A DNA stretch of 63,803 bases, counting the filler, from Intoshia linei (Eukaryota > Animalia > Orthonectida): the NCBI GenBank assembly GCA_001642005.1. It is 3 parts of 3 records of this genome, joined end to end, with 100 filler letters (N's around TTAATTAATTAA, not from the genome) between each part and the next. Parts side by side here need not be neighbours in the genome. Positions count along the whole stretch, not along the records: positions 53,980 to 63,803 come from LWCA01001337.1; 2 more parts are not named here. One strand, written 5' to 3'. Each line of letters begins with the position of its first letter. The first letter of the stretch is position 1. Below are positions 61,101 through 63,803 of this stretch, piece by piece. The notes beneath the pieces were generated by a model, which was not told the DNA's origin, made no database searches, and was given only the letters and a program-made list of their open reading frames with translations. The translations under genes and the position numbers were made by a program.

Positions 61101-62789
61101 ACAAACTCACGATTGTGCACTTTTTTGCACAATGAGCATGCTCAACACTCAATGAGTTTTGTGGCACCTCTAATTGTAATAAATACAAAAATGATAATAA
61201 CAAAGTTGTACTTTTAGTTGCTGTAGTTTTATAATAAATTTCGTTAAATTTTTTGAAAATGAAAAATTGCGTAGCAATGAAAAAAATTCCGAAGGATTCA
61301 ATTATCTAGATTTCTATCCCTATTTCTTTATTGGAATACACGTTTTTCTTGAAATTGTAGGATGATTATTTACTTTTTAATTTTTAATTTTAATCCAACA
61401 TTTGAAAAATATTAGTTGATAATATAGTAAAAATTATTTTTCACCGAGAATGCGTAGATTTCTGGAGTTAAAATTTTGATTTATATCAACTGGAATAATC
61501 TTTATCAGAGTAACTTAATCGGGTGTATAACTCATAAAAATGAAGTTATAAGTACATTCGTCAACGAGATAATGATATTAATTACTAGCAGTAACTTCAA
61601 TAGTTAAATACTAGAAACTTATATATCAAACATGTATCATCCGTAATTTTTTTTAAATTCTAGGGCTGTTTTTATTTTTAAACAAGAATCATTTCAGTTT
61701 TATACCGTGAAAATTATTTTTGTTGAGGTTAACATTTATGATAACGCTTATGAATTTAAAAACCATTTAAGAAATTATGTTGTATAAAATTGTAGGATTT
61801 TTTTATTTTAACATAAAATGGTAATTTGTATTTTGGTCGTGAAGATATAAGATTTTGAAATTGAAATTTATCGTAATGTTGATGATTTTAAAATCTTTAT
61901 CAAATTGTGAATTCTTTATAATTCTAGGACTCGTTTGAATTTTAAAAAAAGCATAGTTGAGGTTTTTGACTTTGAAGGGCTCAATTCCTGAAAATCAGAT
62001 CTGCGTAAAAACATCAGCTTCGAAAAAAGGTTATAAGAATATCGAAATTGTACAACTCGAATTGTAAAATTCTTAAATAAACAGAAATATTTTTTTTACA
62101 TAATACATACAAATAAGTAAGGATTATTAAATTTAATGTAAATATTAATCATATTTTTAATTAGGAAACTTTTATATTTCAATTTCTAAAATATTTTTGA
62201 CATTCAATACCTATTATTATTATTCAAGTGCAATACAGAATTGTCAACAATTCTACACGGTTACATATATGTATCTAAATAATAGGATTCATCCAAAATG
62301 AATTTAAAGGATTTAAATTCTTCATTAAAAATAGATTGATCGGAAAAACTTTATCCAACCGATCTTATTTATCCCTTCACGGTCAAAAAAGCACTTTGGT
62401 ATTCTTCTTTTTTTTATTTGGTAACTATTTTATTAAAACAACAAATTTGAAATAATTAATGGTCCTAGAATTTAAAACAGGATTATTCTTACAATTCAAA
62501 ATTAATTTTTAGAACTTGTAAGCACCGAGAAAATTTACAAATTTTCTCAAAAATGTGCTACCCTTCTGTACATTATAAAATTTAAAATATACCGTATTCT
62601 CGATCATTGTAGGAAATTTTTTTATTGGGCCAAAAGGCGATAGCCTAAGTATTAAGATTAATTTTAAATTAATTTTTACCTGAAACCGGTAAGAATTAGA
62701 ATCAGACTTTATATTTTTTGTGTTGGCATTGTCCAATGTAAATATGTAGTTGTAGTTTATTAAACATTTAAATATATGAACTGCTTCAG
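58172..62789 (-). CDS. RGS7: R7-family regulator of G-protein signalling (DEP-DHEX-GGL-RGS; RGS6/7/9/11, EGL-10/EAT-16-like), 5' end outside the window
   Basis: DEP end YIFTLD...KSDSNSYRFQ/AFWP; DHEX YAVYLCKKTM...QETAFWDFHRP; GGL YEKYDSFI...NVW; RGS box RVNKWKISAHELLKDPIG...FLKSEFSSENL...INIDS...LIKSDSYTRFIKS; stop 58174-58172. Exact paralog not resolvable. Confidence 0.88.
60499..62123 (-). mobile_element. Helitron-family copy or copies in an RGS intron (with nested hAT MITE)
   Basis: A|CTAGTATACTGTTATGTACTACGTACAAAC 3' end at 60499 and inverted 5' end AATAAGTAAGGA|T at 62123. Confidence 0.65.
61035..61172. mobile_element. hAT MITE (138 bp)
   Basis: TAAAGGTG...CACCTCTA ends and perfect 8-bp TSD ATTGTAAT. 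Confidence 0.8.
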
Positions 62790-63080
62790 CTAAATAGTAA
62801 AAATATAAGAAAAGGAGAATCTAGGTTACATCTAGACCTTTTATGATAATAATTGAAAACTTAGTCCAAATATTAACAATAATCATATATAATGAAAGTT
62901 GGTGCTAATAGTTTATAATGGCTAATTTCTTAACATTTTCCTGATATTAAAATAAATTGTAATTAAGAATAATAATGATTATTATACTAATTTTTCTTGG
63001 TTTAAAGACATTTAAAAATCTAAATACTTAATGTATAAATACGTTAGCTATAACTAAATTTAAAAAATTAATTTGTACAA

Positions 63081-63803
63081 TAGGGTGTCCACTAGAGTCT
63101 CCCACTTTTTTTTATAGAAAAAGTATACCCGGCAATTTTCCCCATTTACCTCAAGGGTATTATATATAAATTTGTAAATCATAATATTAAGGTTTGGTCA
63201 GGCGCGGACCAAATGAAATTTTATTAATAAATCAAAATAAACATAAAGTTATTTATAAATATTACCTGAATTTCTATTCACGCTTTTTATAAAATGGATA
63301 TTACTGAGCGTATCAAAATAAATTTAGATTAAATAAATAATTTACAAAATCACATATCGAACTTTGATACTAGCTTTCACTGGAAATTCAGAATATTTGT
63401 AAATATATAAAATTCTATAAACAACAAAAGGACTCGAATAAATAACCAATATTTTAATTTTTCTGTTTTAAAATTAATTGCACTTCATACAGATGACTTA
63501 CATGATAAAGATTATAAATACGGTCAAGTTGATGTTATATCAGTAAAAAAAGCCGATATGGCATCCATTATTACAAATACCTCTATTCGAAAAATCAATT
63601 CAATTCTAAAACTGTCCAACAATGAATCAAATATACCAAGTAAAAGTGCACTATTTTATAATATAAATAAAATTTTAAAAACCGTTAAAGAAACTTTAAT
63701 AAATGATGTATCTTCGTTTAACCAGGACTTGTGTTTACATTCTGACGGCAAAGAATAATTAGATATGACGGCCATATAACTGAGAAACTGGCTGTTTGTA
63801 TTT
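63081..63803 (+). mobile_element. hATm 5' end with start of a decayed transposase, in the RGS intron
   Basis: TAGGGTGTCC terminus. ORF 63558-63758 ends in LCLHSDGK, resembling the LHWDGK first-Asp motif. Confidence 0.75.

Overview
This is a very AT-rich eukaryotic (metazoan) genomic window, not a prokaryotic one. Genes are split by many tiny GT-AG introns (33-60 nt) plus a few large introns filled with transposons. The style suggests a compact, reduced parasite genome such as an orthonectid (Intoshia-like), but that is inference only. Splicing exons by eye gives 11 recognisable genes: GFAT/GFPT (5' part, -), HID1 (-), TRMT2A (+), GPN3 (-), a SAM-less SAMHD1 (-), ATP23 (-), EFCAB5-like (-), CSAD/GADL1-type decarboxylase (-), ADRM1/Rpn13 (+), GGT7-like (+) and an R7-family RGS (-, 5' end outside the window). 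There are also two orphan ORFs. Non-coding space is dominated by DNA transposons: an abundant non-autonomous Helitron family, hATm elements, a decayed Buster/GTF2IRD2-type hAT, and many hAT, pogo and piggyBac MITEs. Two scaffold gaps carry an artificial TTAATTAATTAA linker. I found no rRNA, tRNA or CRISPR array, and no clear-cut novel system. The best leads are (1) extreme gene packing (a 75-nt AG-free ADRM1-GGT spacer and possibly overlapping HID1/TRMT2A 5' ends), (2) a GGT lacking the canonical nucleophile Thr, (3) a modular Helitron family including one copy with an inverted 3' terminus, and (4) a repeat module shared by different MITEs in opposite orientations inside TRMT2A introns. Exon boundaries were read manually and may be off by a few nt.
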